This document shows positions 1 to 12,463 of a stretch of DNA of 64,000 nucleotides, piece by piece. Under the pieces are notes generated by a model that did not search any database, was not told where the DNA came from, and saw only the letters and a program-made list of their open reading frames with translations. Position 1 is the stretch's first letter, and each line of letters opens with the position of its first letter. Made by a program: the position numbers and the translations under genes. The stretch is from the NCBI GenBank assembly GCA_046563655.1, contig CM102290.1:8556001-8620000 (forward strand). Reading direction: 5' to 3'. This DNA comes from Yuukianura sp. NJ FZ-2021 (lineage: Eukaryota).

Positions 1-2646
1 GCCAAGAAAGCTGAAGACTTCCGAATAGAATTTTGGAAAAGACCGATTTCCTTCAGGGTCACAGTCACAGAATTTCGCGCACTTTTCAAAAACAGCAGCG
101 CTTTTACCAGTCTAACTCAGAAACCCTGTGTGTATCGCTTTTCAGCGGAAATGCCTTGTTCCTTTAGTACTCGTGTAAAACCTTAAAGAAAAAGACGACA
201 AAAATTACTGAAAACTGTTCATGCGCATAATTACTTTAAACCACATCATTTCCAAGTAATGCTTCGCTGAATAATCAAAATGATCTCAAAACACACAAAA
301 GGATTCTCCTTCAAAGAACGAATCTAACCAATTCACCCCGAAATCATTTCGACACACACCGAAACCGAAATTTTGAAACTGCGAAACCGAAGTTACCAAA
401 GTTCGTATTCCCCTGCCGCCAGAAACTTGTGTTGCCCCAGTACAACAAAACTTCTGAGTGTTTCGATAACTGTGACAAAATCCAAAAACACTTCTCGATT
501 CCCAACTTTATGCAATTCATTTTAAGGCACCACTTCTCCTTGCGGTAACCAAGTTACAAATTCCAATTACAAAACTTGTAACTTTGTAACTTTCAAAAAG
601 GACTTCACTTTTTTTCAAAACTTTGAGTTTTTTTTTTGAAAAGTGACATTTTTTTTTTGATTTTTCCTTTGAGACCGAAATCTCCGTCCCTGTTCATTAT
701 GGCTTCCATGTCACACATAAAAAAAATCCACATTTTCAAAACTTCCTAAGGTTTCGTTTGCTGTCGAATTCTTTTTTCTCCTTTAAAAAAAAACTTTGTG
801 TCAAAGTCATTTTTTCTCAAAAACTTTTCTTACAAATTTTTGCTTCCGTTCATCACATCTGTTTCGTCAGAAGCTTTCCGGTGTTCCGGATCGCATATCG
901 ATACGCCAGAGCAGTTGACAGGTCGGGTCAACGACCTCCCCCGTCTTTTTTTTTTCAAAAACGAAAATGTTTACTTTGGCAATTAGGTAAAGACAAATGA
1001 ACTCTCTCTCTGTTTTGAAAAAAAAAACTAATCAATGGAAAGCCATTGATTCTGTCTTTTACTCTTTTGCCAAAAAAGAGAATCTTTACAATGATTTACG
1101 TTATTTTCGTCTTATTTCCCGCTAAGCCTCGAAAATACCAAATCAGAATCCCTCTAGGACCATGACACAACAATAGAAGAAAAAAGAAGTAAAAAAGGAA
1201 GCTAGAATTGAATCCAGGAACTCCTAACTTTCTCTTGCGTTTTCATAAACCCGCGCCTTTTCAATTCTGTGAAAGGATTTCCACGGATTCCAACTCCACA
1301 ATTTCACAATTGATTTTTTTTGCGGTTGAAAACTCCGAAATGAAAGTTACGAGTACAATGAAATTTTCGGCGGCAATTGGTACATCCAAATTAAACTGCT
1401 ACTCCTGAACTCAAAATCATAATAATAATAATAAATATTATAGTACATAAATAAATGAGTAAATATATGAACTAAAAAAAAACCTTACGGAAAGACTTGT
1501 AGTTCAAGTCAAGATCAAATAAATTTCGCACAACGGAGACCTAAAAAAATACCAACTTGCGTCGCAAAAAATATCGGCGCGCGGACAGAAGTGTGCCGTG
1601 AGAACTACGCTTTAGTTTATAATTTTGTCTGGCAATGACAAAAACAAAAGAAAATTAGAATCATGTCAGCGTCCCGTCGTGTCAATTAATTAGTTAAAGA
1701 GTTAGGTTAACGTTGCTTTTGAGTTCCCCTACGTTGAGTTCATAACAGTAAGAGTGGATCTCTGTACTTTTTAGCATATTAAGAGAAGCCAAAGTTAAGT
1801 GTGTATCTCAGGACGCAGAAGGAGCGGAATGAAGTATAATTAGTTACCGTATCTACTCTCTTTTGTTGCCGCCCTGAACAAAGTTTCTTCTTTTGTTCTT
1901 TGACACCCACCAAAAAAACGGAGTTATAAATAGGACATTCTGCGTCTAGCCCAAATTGTGATCTGATCTCTCGAGATCTATGAGCATGTCTGTCCAAGTC
2001 CATGCAAAAGGATGATGTAGGGAGAATCGAATCAAGTAAAAAGATCCAAAGTCTCGGTGGGCTTCGTTGTCCTCGTTACTTACGTGACAATAGACAACTA
2101 AGCTACAAACCATATGGAACTTATGGAGCTCTAGGCACAACTAACATGTAGCTACGAAAACTAGAAACTGGTGCAGAGGAGGTCACAGAAATTGAATAAT
2201 TTTATCACATGACATGGAAGAGTTTCTCCAAATTCTAAAAAAGACAAAACAAAATGCTCTGCAAGGGGAATAATTCATGCTCTCAAAGTGCCAAATGGAA
2301 ATGGATGTGACTCCTCTTAAAAAAAAAGAACTTCAAAAAATTCGACGAAAACCGTAGCGAAAATGACACTAAAATTCTTTGACAAAAATGGGCTAGAAAA
2401 ATCTAAAAACTAAAAACGAAAAAAAAACTTTTCGAAACCTTACTCTTGAAAAAAGGGGCAACGTTCTGAAGCCAACAAAATCGTTCAAAAACTTGCCGGA
2501 AATGTTTCAAAATCTGTGAAAATGTTCGAAAACTAGGCCGAAAACTGTGAAAATCAACACAAAAATTCGACAGTCGGCCAAATTCGTTAAGAAAAACAGT
2601 GAAAACGTTTAGAAATCAGCAATCACGTTTTCAAGTTAGCCGAACA

Positions 2647-2902
2647 GGGAGCACGCCATTGTTTCAAATGAATTGTTTCAAATACGAATTGCTTCAAAAA
2701 AAATTGTTTCAAAACACGAGTTTTTTTAGAGTTTAAGGCTTAGATTAGGTTAATTTGGATTAGAATAATTAAGTTTAGGTTAGTTATGTAATTTTAGGTT
2801 AGGTTAGGTTAGGTTTAGGTATGAAAATTAGGTTTTTGAAACAATTTTTTTTTGGAACAATTCGTATTTGAAACAATTCATTTGAAACAATGGCATGGAA
2901 CC
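2647..2902. mobile_element. Non-autonomous foldback MITE with TTAGG-repeat core (copy 1)
   Basis: Inverted arms of about 60 bp (GCCATTGTTTCAAATGAATTGTTTCAAATACGAATTG... / ...CAATTCGTATTTGAAACAATTCATTTGAAACAATGGC) surround a TTAGG-rich spacer. The 8-bp direct repeat GCCGAACA flanks it at 2639-2646 and 2903-2910. Confidence 0.85.
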
Positions 2903-5900
2903 GCCGAACATATTTGTAGTAAAAAATAAAAAATGGTCAGTAGAAAAACCAGTGAACAAGTTAAGCTTTTTTCCGACCAACTTCTTGTTTGGAAGAAAAT
3001 GAACCACTTCTCCCCTCATGAATCTAAAATTTGGAGAAATGAATCGATTGATGTCATTCTGGATGCCTCTATTTTGGAACTGTTCTTATTCAAATTTTTG
3101 AGGCGGTTGAATTTGAAATATGACTCATAAGAAAAAATATGTCGTCGGAAATGGGAGGAGGGGGAGACTGTGGGTGTGTGTCGTAACGAGACTAAAGCTT
3201 TTACCTCCATTTGTCTTCCTTTTGACCTGACACTCCCGTTGTCTTAAGTCTCAGAGACTAATTAAGAGAAATTTCCCTCGCTTTTTACCCTACGTTCCCC
3301 TAACTATAAAAAGTTCAAGTTTCTGGGAAAAAAAAACATTGTGTGACCTTCCTGACATTGGAATTATAACGGTGTGTCGTTCCTCGTGCCTGCCTGGCGG
3401 AATAATGTACTATACCAGGCACTCCGGCACTCTAACGACGAAGATTGAGGTCACCGCAATGAATTCTGATCAACAAAAGGCTAAAAGTTGGGATTTCGTG
3501 AGACGATTAACGCAACGAACGGTGAATGGGTTTGGTTTTGTAGAGGCGTGATTCAATCTACCACCACCGCAGTATTATGATCATGGTGGACGAGACTAAC
3601 CTTTTCAAATTTTCCCGCTCCTGAAACTTTAGTCCGAGAGTGTATATTTCCACGCCTAAAATCCAAAAGAAAAATGATCCAGATAAAATCAAATCTATTT
3701 TGCTCAAATGTCACGATTCTCAAATTGAGCATTCCTCACGTTGCATATTGCGTTTAGTATGTTGTATTACAATTTCAAAGTAAACAGTTTTACCCTAGGC
3801 TAGACTATGCCCACGGTTCTCACAGAAACTGTGGAAACCGTTGGAGCGTCAAGGAAGGTCAACGGTTCATGCGTCATCAATCAACTTAGTAAACGCGGCA
3901 ATTAGGACTGCGCCAAACCTCAAACTTTTTTTTAGACGAGAACAACGTGGCCCGCATCAGCGTCATGAATTTTTAGCATTTCCGAAAAAAAAATCAAATT
4001 GGGGCCCTTAGAAAATCAAAGTTCCTGGAGGAACCTCATACATAGTACACAACTTTACCGTAGTAGTCGTCGTGTCAATATTTGTCGATGAAGTAGGATG
4101 TACTTCCGGTAGGTTCAGGTATAGAATAGACTCAAAAACAAAAATAAATTTTGTGTCTAGTAGGTTCTGCGTCCTCCCTTCCAACAACGCGTCTCGTCGA
4201 TCGAATCCCCTACATTTCCTTTTGGCAACAAAAATAAAAAAGATGAAACAAATATCGACTTCGTTATAATAAATCGTAAGCTTCTTACGTTCTTTTTTTC
4301 ATGACCAAACAAAAATGATTGCCAAAAAAGAACGTGATGAGCAGAAACACATAGTCGTGGCAGATTAGAATCTGAGCCAATTTTAGAAACCGGTTGAGAT
4401 TGAAAAAGTTTATTATTTTGAAAATCAAAAAAGAAATTTTGGAAAATCAAACTGAATTTTGTTGAAACTCGAATCAAAAAATCAAACAACAAAACACGTC
4501 CATCCTTTAGTATTCAAGTAATTGACTTAAGCCTTCAAGGGATCTACACAGCCCTCGTCTCTTGAGCTTTTCTGTCTTGACTCTTGAGTCGATTAATGGA
4601 AAACTTAACTTGTAAGTGGTTAATCACAATGCGCAAACAGTTCAAGATCACGGAGGTTGATCTTGATAAGTTAGAAACTCAATTGATGATGGTCGTTGAG
4701 TGTAATTTATAACCCAAGTCGTTAAGCCTTGGAGGAACTAAAATGAATTGTGATTAACCGTTCTGACTCCTGTTTAAAACGTTTTCTAAAACAGAAAAAG
4801 TAAATAAACAAACCTGTTGGTGGTATCCTGTCCAAAAGCCAAGTTTCCTTCCGTTGCCTTTGCCTGAGTAATGTTATACTGCCTGTAATACTGCCAAGGA
4901 TAATGACACTTTCAGATGTTGTTCCTGATCTCGTTGCTTATTCCTGTTAGCCCAATAACACAGATTTGGAAAATGACTGACCACGATAGCACTCTGACTC
5001 TACTTAAAACAAAACAGTAAGCAGTTAATTGACATTAATGACGATGACAATAACACAAAGGGTAGAGTTAATTCAATTACTACGGTTGACTATCCGTGAG
5101 AAATGGTATCTTAAGTGGCTTTTAAATTGCAATAACTTACTTATTGTCTTCACTCCAACTTAATTTTCAATGACACGAACGAGCCGAAGTTGGAGTTACA
5201 GTTTCGACTAAAGCGGTGTTTGTCCGTTCGATTCAGACGATTACTAATTGATATGAATTGGTGTTAACGTTGTGTAGAGTAACGTTCGGTAAGTACCCAG
5301 CTGATGCTGGTAAGATTTCGACGGACGCACAACCTAACCCGCGAAGATCCAAACTCAAACTGATTTTGCGAGCACGAGACGAGATTCAAGAGAGAAGAAA
5401 GTCAATATTTTTGGGTGGCGTTCACGTATTACGTCAACATTTTCCGGGTTTGGGGTAAAAGCAAAAAACTAAAGTACTAACATTATTATATTTTAGAATT
5501 ATATTATTTATTATTATAATTTATAGTACTTATGCTCTTCTTATGGAGGAAACAGATAACAACAAAGTAAAAACGCTTTTAACACGTGAGAAACTAAAAT
5601 TATATAGTTTAGTTTCCAGAAAATCGTAAAAGAACTTGTAATCTCAACAACTAATCGGCTAATTCTGTTTCTTCAAACTTAATTGATTGAATTTTCGTAC
5701 CCGATTTCGTTCTGAGTTTCTCTGTCTGAATTAGGAATTTGTGAAAAATGTCAAAATTTTGAGAGGTGGGAAGGGAACTGATGTACTGAAGATAACGAAA
5801 ACTAAAATTTGAGGTGAAAATTCAACCAAAATTTGAAAGGTGGAAAATTAATTTTTAAAGCTTTCGTTGAACATAAAATGAAGAGGCACTGGACAATTTC

Positions 5901-6418
5901 AATTTCACTAAAAAAAAGAAGTCAGAGTTGTCCTGTGCCTCAACTTTTGTTTCGTAATAAAAACATTGAAAAATTTTGTTTCATAAAACAACAAAGGCGA
6001 TAAAAAATTACTCAAAGGTTTAATTGAGTTGGGCGAGTTAAATAAGGTAATTATGAATTAACTAATCATAATGTTAATGTACATTTTATGTAAATCCGCT
6101 AACTTATTTGCGAAACAATTAATTCAATTGTCCTGAACATTTGAAAGTTTTATTCGGTGATGTTGAGGTACAGTGAGAAACTGCTCATAATTTGAAGTAT
6201 TACGCGGGAATTAGTTTTTGAAATTTAAAATTCGAAAATGTCAACATAATCAGCTGGTTAAATACTATGCATCAAATCAGTCGGGTTAATTTTTCGACGG
6301 GACAGGTAACGCCAAGTTTAGTTTAATTAATTAGCGATTAACAATACAACGGGGGATACTGTTGATTAATTAGTCATTTGATTATTTAGGTGAGAATATT
6401 GCAGATAAATTTAGAAAT

Positions 6419-7510
6419 ATGCGCCGGCTCGGTTTCCTTGTTCGAAGGTGTTCGTCAGTTGCTGCTTCCGCTTCACGTCCAGGTCCACCGCCACCACCGG
6501 CAGAACCTTCTGACATCAATGGTTTACTGCAGAAGTACTCTAGGACACTTTTACGTAAATCGGAAACATGGATGACTTCATATGAAGAGTTCATTGGAAT
6601 CAAACAAGTCAAAGAAGCTCACGCTCGTGTCCTTCAGGTAAGAACGACATCATAAATTAATGCTATTCAAAATTAGTTTCGCTGTTCTTTTATTACAGTC
6701 AGAGAACGAGTTTGTCAAAGCCCAAGAAGATCGTCGACAAGGTACAAAATCTATTTCTACGAGACATTTGGTTTCACCGATTGATGTCATCTTGTTTCAG
6801 CCCAAGTACTCATGAATTCAATGCAGCTGAGACTTCGAGAAGTTAGAACAGATTTGGACAGAACTCCTAGAGGAGATAACAACTATTTAGAACTGGTCAA
6901 AAGGGTATGCCGTACTACTGCGATGCATATACTTCCAGTAGTTTGAGGCCGATCAACGATTCAACGTGTTATTTGTATTTTTTCTTACCATTAGGAAATT
7001 GAACTTATCCGGGACGAACGAACACTTCGAGATAAGTTCGAGACTGAAGAGCGCCGAGAACGTGAGCTCTTCAACAGTCTGAGTAATGCCTTACGATTTA
7101 GTCACGAAAAGGAACGAGCTCAAACGGAGAAAACAAAATACTGGTCCATTTTTGCTTCTCTCGTGGGCGCTTTCCTTGGAATTGTTGGAACTACAATAAA
7201 CTCTCAATTGAAACTTCGAAAACTTCGTCAAATGCTGACAGAAAACACGGAAGCCAGTGCTGCCGCAGTTCTTTCCAAAATTGAACTCGTGACGGCCAAT
7301 GTTGAACAAACGGACAAAATAATTGCTGAACTTAATAGTTTACGTGAAGCCATTCTGGCGCAGAAAGAATCAATGTCATCCGACACTCCGCCATCAACAG
7401 AAGCTTCAATATTCGTTGACAACGTCGACCATACTCGAAGAGATATAGCACTAGCTGCAGTTTATATTATTCTGATACCACTTTTAATTCTCAGATTCTG
7501 GTCTAGCTAA
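6419..7510 (+). CDS. CCDC51: Mitochondrial potassium channel / coiled-coil domain-containing 51 (She9 family), 4 exons, about 293 aa
   Basis: Exons 6419-6637, 6699-6741, 6801-6904 and 6995-7510 join in frame with GT-AG introns. Family motifs YEEFIGIKQVKEAH, LDRTPRGDNNYLEL and SHEKERAQTEKTKYWSIFASLVGAFLGI are present, with an Arg/Ser-rich N-terminal targeting peptide and a C-terminal TM helix. Confidence 0.9.
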
Positions 7511-7645
7511 TTAATCAGTTAGTTGTCATTTAATATGTGAACTTAAGCATGAAATTATATCGGTAACTCAAAGAATTTAACATTTTCCATAGTTTCTGAC
7601 TTCCTGGAAGACGAATTAATTAAGCTCATCACTTAAGATTAGTTA

Positions 7646-10600
7646 TCACAATGGGTTAATATACTGTTTTCCGATTTCAACAACGTCAATTTCTGGTTTG
7701 ACTTTGTCGTACAAGTGCGGAAAAGCTCCTTCTGCGTGATACTTTTTGCGGACTTTTTCGTACAATGTCAAGTCAAACATTTCTTCAAATTCTGGACGGG
7801 TCATGAAAATATCAGCGTACAGGAAGGGATATCCGCCAACATCTCTAGTGAACCTGTGAAAATTTAAAAAAAAAACGGTTTTTCAGAATTCAACATTCAA
7901 AATCTTTAGCATGGTTGAAGCTTATTTTCTTACTTTTCCATATCACGTAACGCTTTGACGGCATCGTAAGGTTGCTTTCGCTTCACTGGTCCCGGAACAC
8001 CATAAATTCCAATATCATTGAACATTCCGTAGTTGGATCCCGGAACCATTTGGTCTGGTCGTGGCCGTCGAAGTTGTCCCCTAAAATCAATTACATAAAT
8101 ATGTCATTACATTACATCGCTGTCATGTCATTGATTCGAAATCGATACATTTCGGCAGTTTGATCTAAATGTTTCGGTTGCACTTACATGTGTTCTCCAT
8201 GGTCGTAAATTCGGCATGGATAGATGAGTACTGGATAAGTATCGAAGAGTTTTTCTGAAATATTGATTTGATCCTCCAGTTTGTTAATTGGAAGAACAAT
8301 GTCCTGGAAAACTTGTTTAGTGAACGTCATGGCTCTAATGCCGGGAGTCGTTGTGAATTTCAAAAATGCTGGTTTTGGTGGGAGCAGCCACCCGAAGAAG
8401 AATCTAAAGAGAGGATGATTTCCAAACGGAATCATGCATTCGACTACCCAGAAAATGGCACGATTGTGTCGCAGAAGATAATCTTGCATTGGAATATATT
8501 CTTCTCCTTCTCCAGACGTCAGAAACGAACGGACATGTTCGTAAAACCAAGGTTTGTACCATCTTGCCACGTGATTAATCTGAAATTAATTGGTTGTTCA
8601 TCAATTGATTGGTTCTTCTTGCAGAAGAGTGACGCTTTATTGCTTACTTTTCCCCATTGCATTACTGGAGGACGATCAGCAAAGTTGCCAATCATGAGAA
8701 CGGCTTCATCTTTAGAGAAAACTGTCGCTTCAACAAACTCTGGAACCTAGACAAAACAGAAGTCAAATGTCATCTACGCTCAGAGTTGTATAAATTGCAC
8801 CAAGTGGGCTTTTTTTGCATTGCACTGCAAAAAACTGAAAAAAAGTGCAAATAATGAAAAAAATGCAATAAATGCAATAAAGGTGCAAAAAAAGAAGGTG
8901 TTGTTATTTTGCACCTTGCTTCGATTATTTTTCATTGCACCCGCAAAAAATGAAATTAAATGAAAAATACTGAAATTAAATGAAAAGTGAAATAAACCGG
9001 TAAGTAGGTGCTATGTAAGCAGTAAACGGATTAACAAATTCCCGCCTATAAGGGGGCCCTCTTTGGTTTATCTAAAGGGGGGCTTCGAATGGGTAAACGG
9101 AATGTTAACCTCTGACATGGCCGAGGTCACTGAAGGTCAAATACGGCCAATGCCAACGTATGTATTATTTATGTACCATATATATGTTAACTTTAAGTGA
9201 AGTACATTAATGGTATATCAGTACATAAGCACATCTGAAAGTCTTCAGATTGACCTTTTTAGTGCATAAGTTGTGATTTCATCGGTGAATTGGCTAAACA
9301 CCGACGTAAGGAATGTAAGTCTCCCCGGTCTTGGAGGAGTGGAAAAGCTAACTGCGACATCCGGAACTATAATTTTTAATGCGGTAATCCGGTTAAGCAT
9401 AACTTGTCGTTAAGATTTAACGGAAAATAGTGTGCGAAGCAAGAAAAATCAGTTTTTTTCACTAACGTTTTTTTCAGTTACCTTTTTTTGCATTGCAGTG
9501 CAAAAAAACGCAAAAAAGTGCAAAATTGAAAAAAATGCAATAAAGTGCAGTAAAGGTGCAAAAAAGGATGGTGTTGTTAATTTCACTCAAACCTTTTTTT
9601 GCATTGCGCTTTTTTGCGCTTTATTTCAGTGAAAATTTCACTTCTGAAATATTTCACTTTATTGCATAACAACTCTGTCTACGCTATGTGTGGCATGAGC
9701 TTACGTTACCTTCTTATTTTTATCCAGAGCGCCAGAAGCATCACGAATAGCATCACAGTACTCTTTTTGTCCACGAATCGGAATGTATTTCATGTGCAAG
9801 TAAGGCTTGACTGGAATAATTTCCAGTTCCAGAGCAGTGAGGAATCCAAGACTTCCGTGTGACCATGGCAGAGCATAATAAAGTTCTGAGTGCTCGTTGT
9901 CCTTCGTTGCCGTGACGAGTGATCCATCTCCAAGGACGATGTCATAAGATTTGATACACTCTTGGTAAAGACCAACTTTATGAGAGTATGTTGTCATCCC
10001 TACGCCCATTGCCAATCCACCCAAAGTTGCATCTGCAATCTCCAACGTCACTGCCAAAGTGTATCCTATATACAACAAAAACGTTTTCAGAACGTTCAAG
10101 TCAAATTCCAATGTTACACAAACATCGCTACTGGGTAATCCAATTACTAATCGTTCCTTACCTTTCGGTACGAGATACTGAGTAATCTCTCCAACAGTTA
10201 CCATTGGCTCCACTTTGACTGTCAGCTTCTTTTCGTCGAGTTCCAGCACATCGTACAGTGGAATGGGAATCTGTTGACATTCGTCCTGTAATTAGCAATT
10301 GATATTAACTTAAGAAGATGTAAATGGAAACATTCCGGACTAGATGTCAACCTTACCTTTCGGAAGAAAGTGACCGACAGACTGAGCCAGTTCGGGCGGG
10401 CAGTACATAGTAGCTTCCGGGTTTTCGGATCCTGCTGATTCCATGTCCGGATCTATAAAGCATAAAATTACCAATTACGATTAACTAGTCTTAAACGATT
10501 TGAAATCAATCGAACATTAATTCTTACCTTGGCTTGGATTTCCTTGACTCTTTTATCGTGGAATTCCGGACCAGCGGATAGCTTTCGTAGAATCCACGAC

Positions 10601-10728
10601 CTGACCTTGAGAACGAGGTCAAAGACGAAACTGGCCGGGAGACAAAACAGAAGCACGACGAGTCCTCGGTTGTCTTCTAGTATCCGAATCAGTCTTTTCC
10701 TCCATTCTTCCGGTATTAAACTCCACAT
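7646..10728 (-). CDS. DHCR24: Delta24-sterol reductase (DHCR24/diminuto family FAD oxidoreductase), 8 exons
   Basis: N-terminal hydrophobic segment (GLVVLLFCLPASFVFD); motifs CTARPNWLSLS, VKVEPMVTVGEIT, LPWSHGSLGFL, WYKPWFYEHV, RHNRAIFW, QDIVLP and YHAEGAFPHLYDKV. Stop TGA at 7646-7648. All introns are GT-AG. Confidence 0.9.
8781..9677. mobile_element. Non-autonomous hAT-like DNA transposon in a DHCR24 intron
   Basis: Terminal inverted repeat CAGAGTTGT...ACAACTCTG; perfect 8-bp TSD TCTACGCT at 8773-8780 and 9678-9685; TGCA/A-rich blocks repeated near both ends (about 8808-8910 and 9483-9585); no long ORF. Confidence 0.85.
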
Positions 10729-11051
10729 GATTTATTACAGCCAACCCTCCTTCCAGAAATCCAGCAGAATACCAAATGACCCCTAATCTCACTCGACAAC
10801 AACGAGCCGGCCTGCACTTCCAGAACAATTGAATTGAAACTTTCAACTAACCGATATGTCACTTCCAGACCTTGACAAAAAACACTTCAAAACTTTTCGC
10901 TAAATTGTGATTACCAAGTTCAAGTGCATTGCACCTTGTAATGTTCGCGTCACGCACAGCATGGCAACTAACAACTAAAGTATTTCAAAGTATTTCTAAC
11001 TAGTAATCGAACTAATTACATGAAATAAACTTCTTGCAAAGACGATGTAAA

Positions 11052-11932
11052 TAAGTATCGTCAGATCAGTTATAGAAAGTTCCCACGCAGGATATTGGTG
11101 ACTAGACCTACGATATGGTTAGAGGTTACTTGAGGTCAAAGAACATTCGGAATTTTAGTTCTCGCGTCGTCAAACATCCATCCCCGGAAACCATTTCCGC
11201 GTCGGTCCATCCGTTTCCGTATTGTAAAGAAAGTATAACCGTGACCTTTGACACTATTGTGCAGACAGGCAGACGGACAGACAGACAGACAGACAGACTC
11301 GGAAGAAAACATAAAGTAGGTCATGCTTCCCCGACTAGGACGAGGGACGCCATTTTGCAACTTCCATCGTCTGTATCTCTGGAAACGTAGATCAAAGCTC
11401 AAGGTCATCTTTACAAAAGTTGTTCAGCACAATGAGATACACAACTTTTGTAGAGGTCATTTTTTCGATTTCCGTCAATAGAGTACATGACCTTGACCTT
11501 TAGCCCGGACCTGGACAACTTCCGGTCAAGCTGAACACTGATTATACACCCCTGGTACATGTGAACCGCAACTGCGACGACAGATTGAAAATCGGTCCAG
11601 TGGTTCTGGAGTTATAGATGCGAATTGCATGAGCCACGCCATAATGCAACTTCTAAGGCCTGTATCTCCAGAGCCCCGGGTCAGAGGTCAAGGTCACCTA
11701 TACAAAAGTTGTTCGTCTCGATGAGACGGACAACTTTTATAAGGGTGACTTTCCCGATTTCCGTCAAAAATGTATTTGACCTTGACCTTTGACCCGAACC
11801 TGGACAACTTCCGGTCAAGCTGGACACCGATTAATCATCCCTGGACAATGTCAAGTTCATCTGTAAAAACAGATTGAAAATCGGTCCAGCGGTTCCAGAG
11901 ATATTGTAGCTAGTATACAGACGGACGGACAG

Positions 11933-11967
<35 letters not shown>

Positions 11968-12003
11968 GACATTACGATCCCTATAAGTATCTGACGATAC
12001 TTA
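11052..12003. mobile_element. Helentron-associated non-autonomous element (HINE/DINE-1-like)
   Basis: Subterminal inverted repeat TAAGTATCGTCAGAT (11052) / ATCTGACGATACTTA (to 12003); the right copy also forms the hairpin TAAGTATC-TGAC-GATACTTA. (GACA/GACG)n microsatellites at about 11263-11298 and 11917-11970. Internal tandem duplication of about 289 bp starting at 11399 and 11688. Confidence 0.7.
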
Positions 12004-12463
12004 ATAAATGAAGTAATTACAACGGCATCCATCTGTAACTATTGTCTTCCATTTGGCAACAGAATTTAATCAGTACGTTTTAAAGCATATTGCAAGTAAA
12101 ACCTGGTAAAATATACCAATTCCATGATCACATCAATCGATTAATCATGCTTATAAATCTCTATTACCTTCTAAATGCAAAACGTACACATAAAAAATAA
12201 TCATGTACTTTTAACACTTTTATGGATAATAATTAACTTTGTAAAAGAATATAGAGGACATGTAACAAGTGTAATGAAAACAATATCACAACGACAACAA
12301 TACTCAATTCGTAAATCCTAAAATAAATGGAATATTTTCCGAACAACAATTAATTTTGTGAGACCTTGACCTTGCTCCGTCTTCGCTGCAGCGTTAAGCA
12401 TCTGAGTTTGTTTTTTCCGCTGACCAGCGAAGACTCTTTGTGACTTGTGTTTTAAACGCCTGT

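Noticed and set aside
2760..2835. True telomere or chromosome fusion site
   Set aside because: Only a few TTAGG units, enclosed within a MITE.
1..6300. Short ORFs in the first 6 kb
   Set aside because: Low-complexity F/K-rich translations with no family motifs and no consistent exon chain; probably intronic or intergenic.
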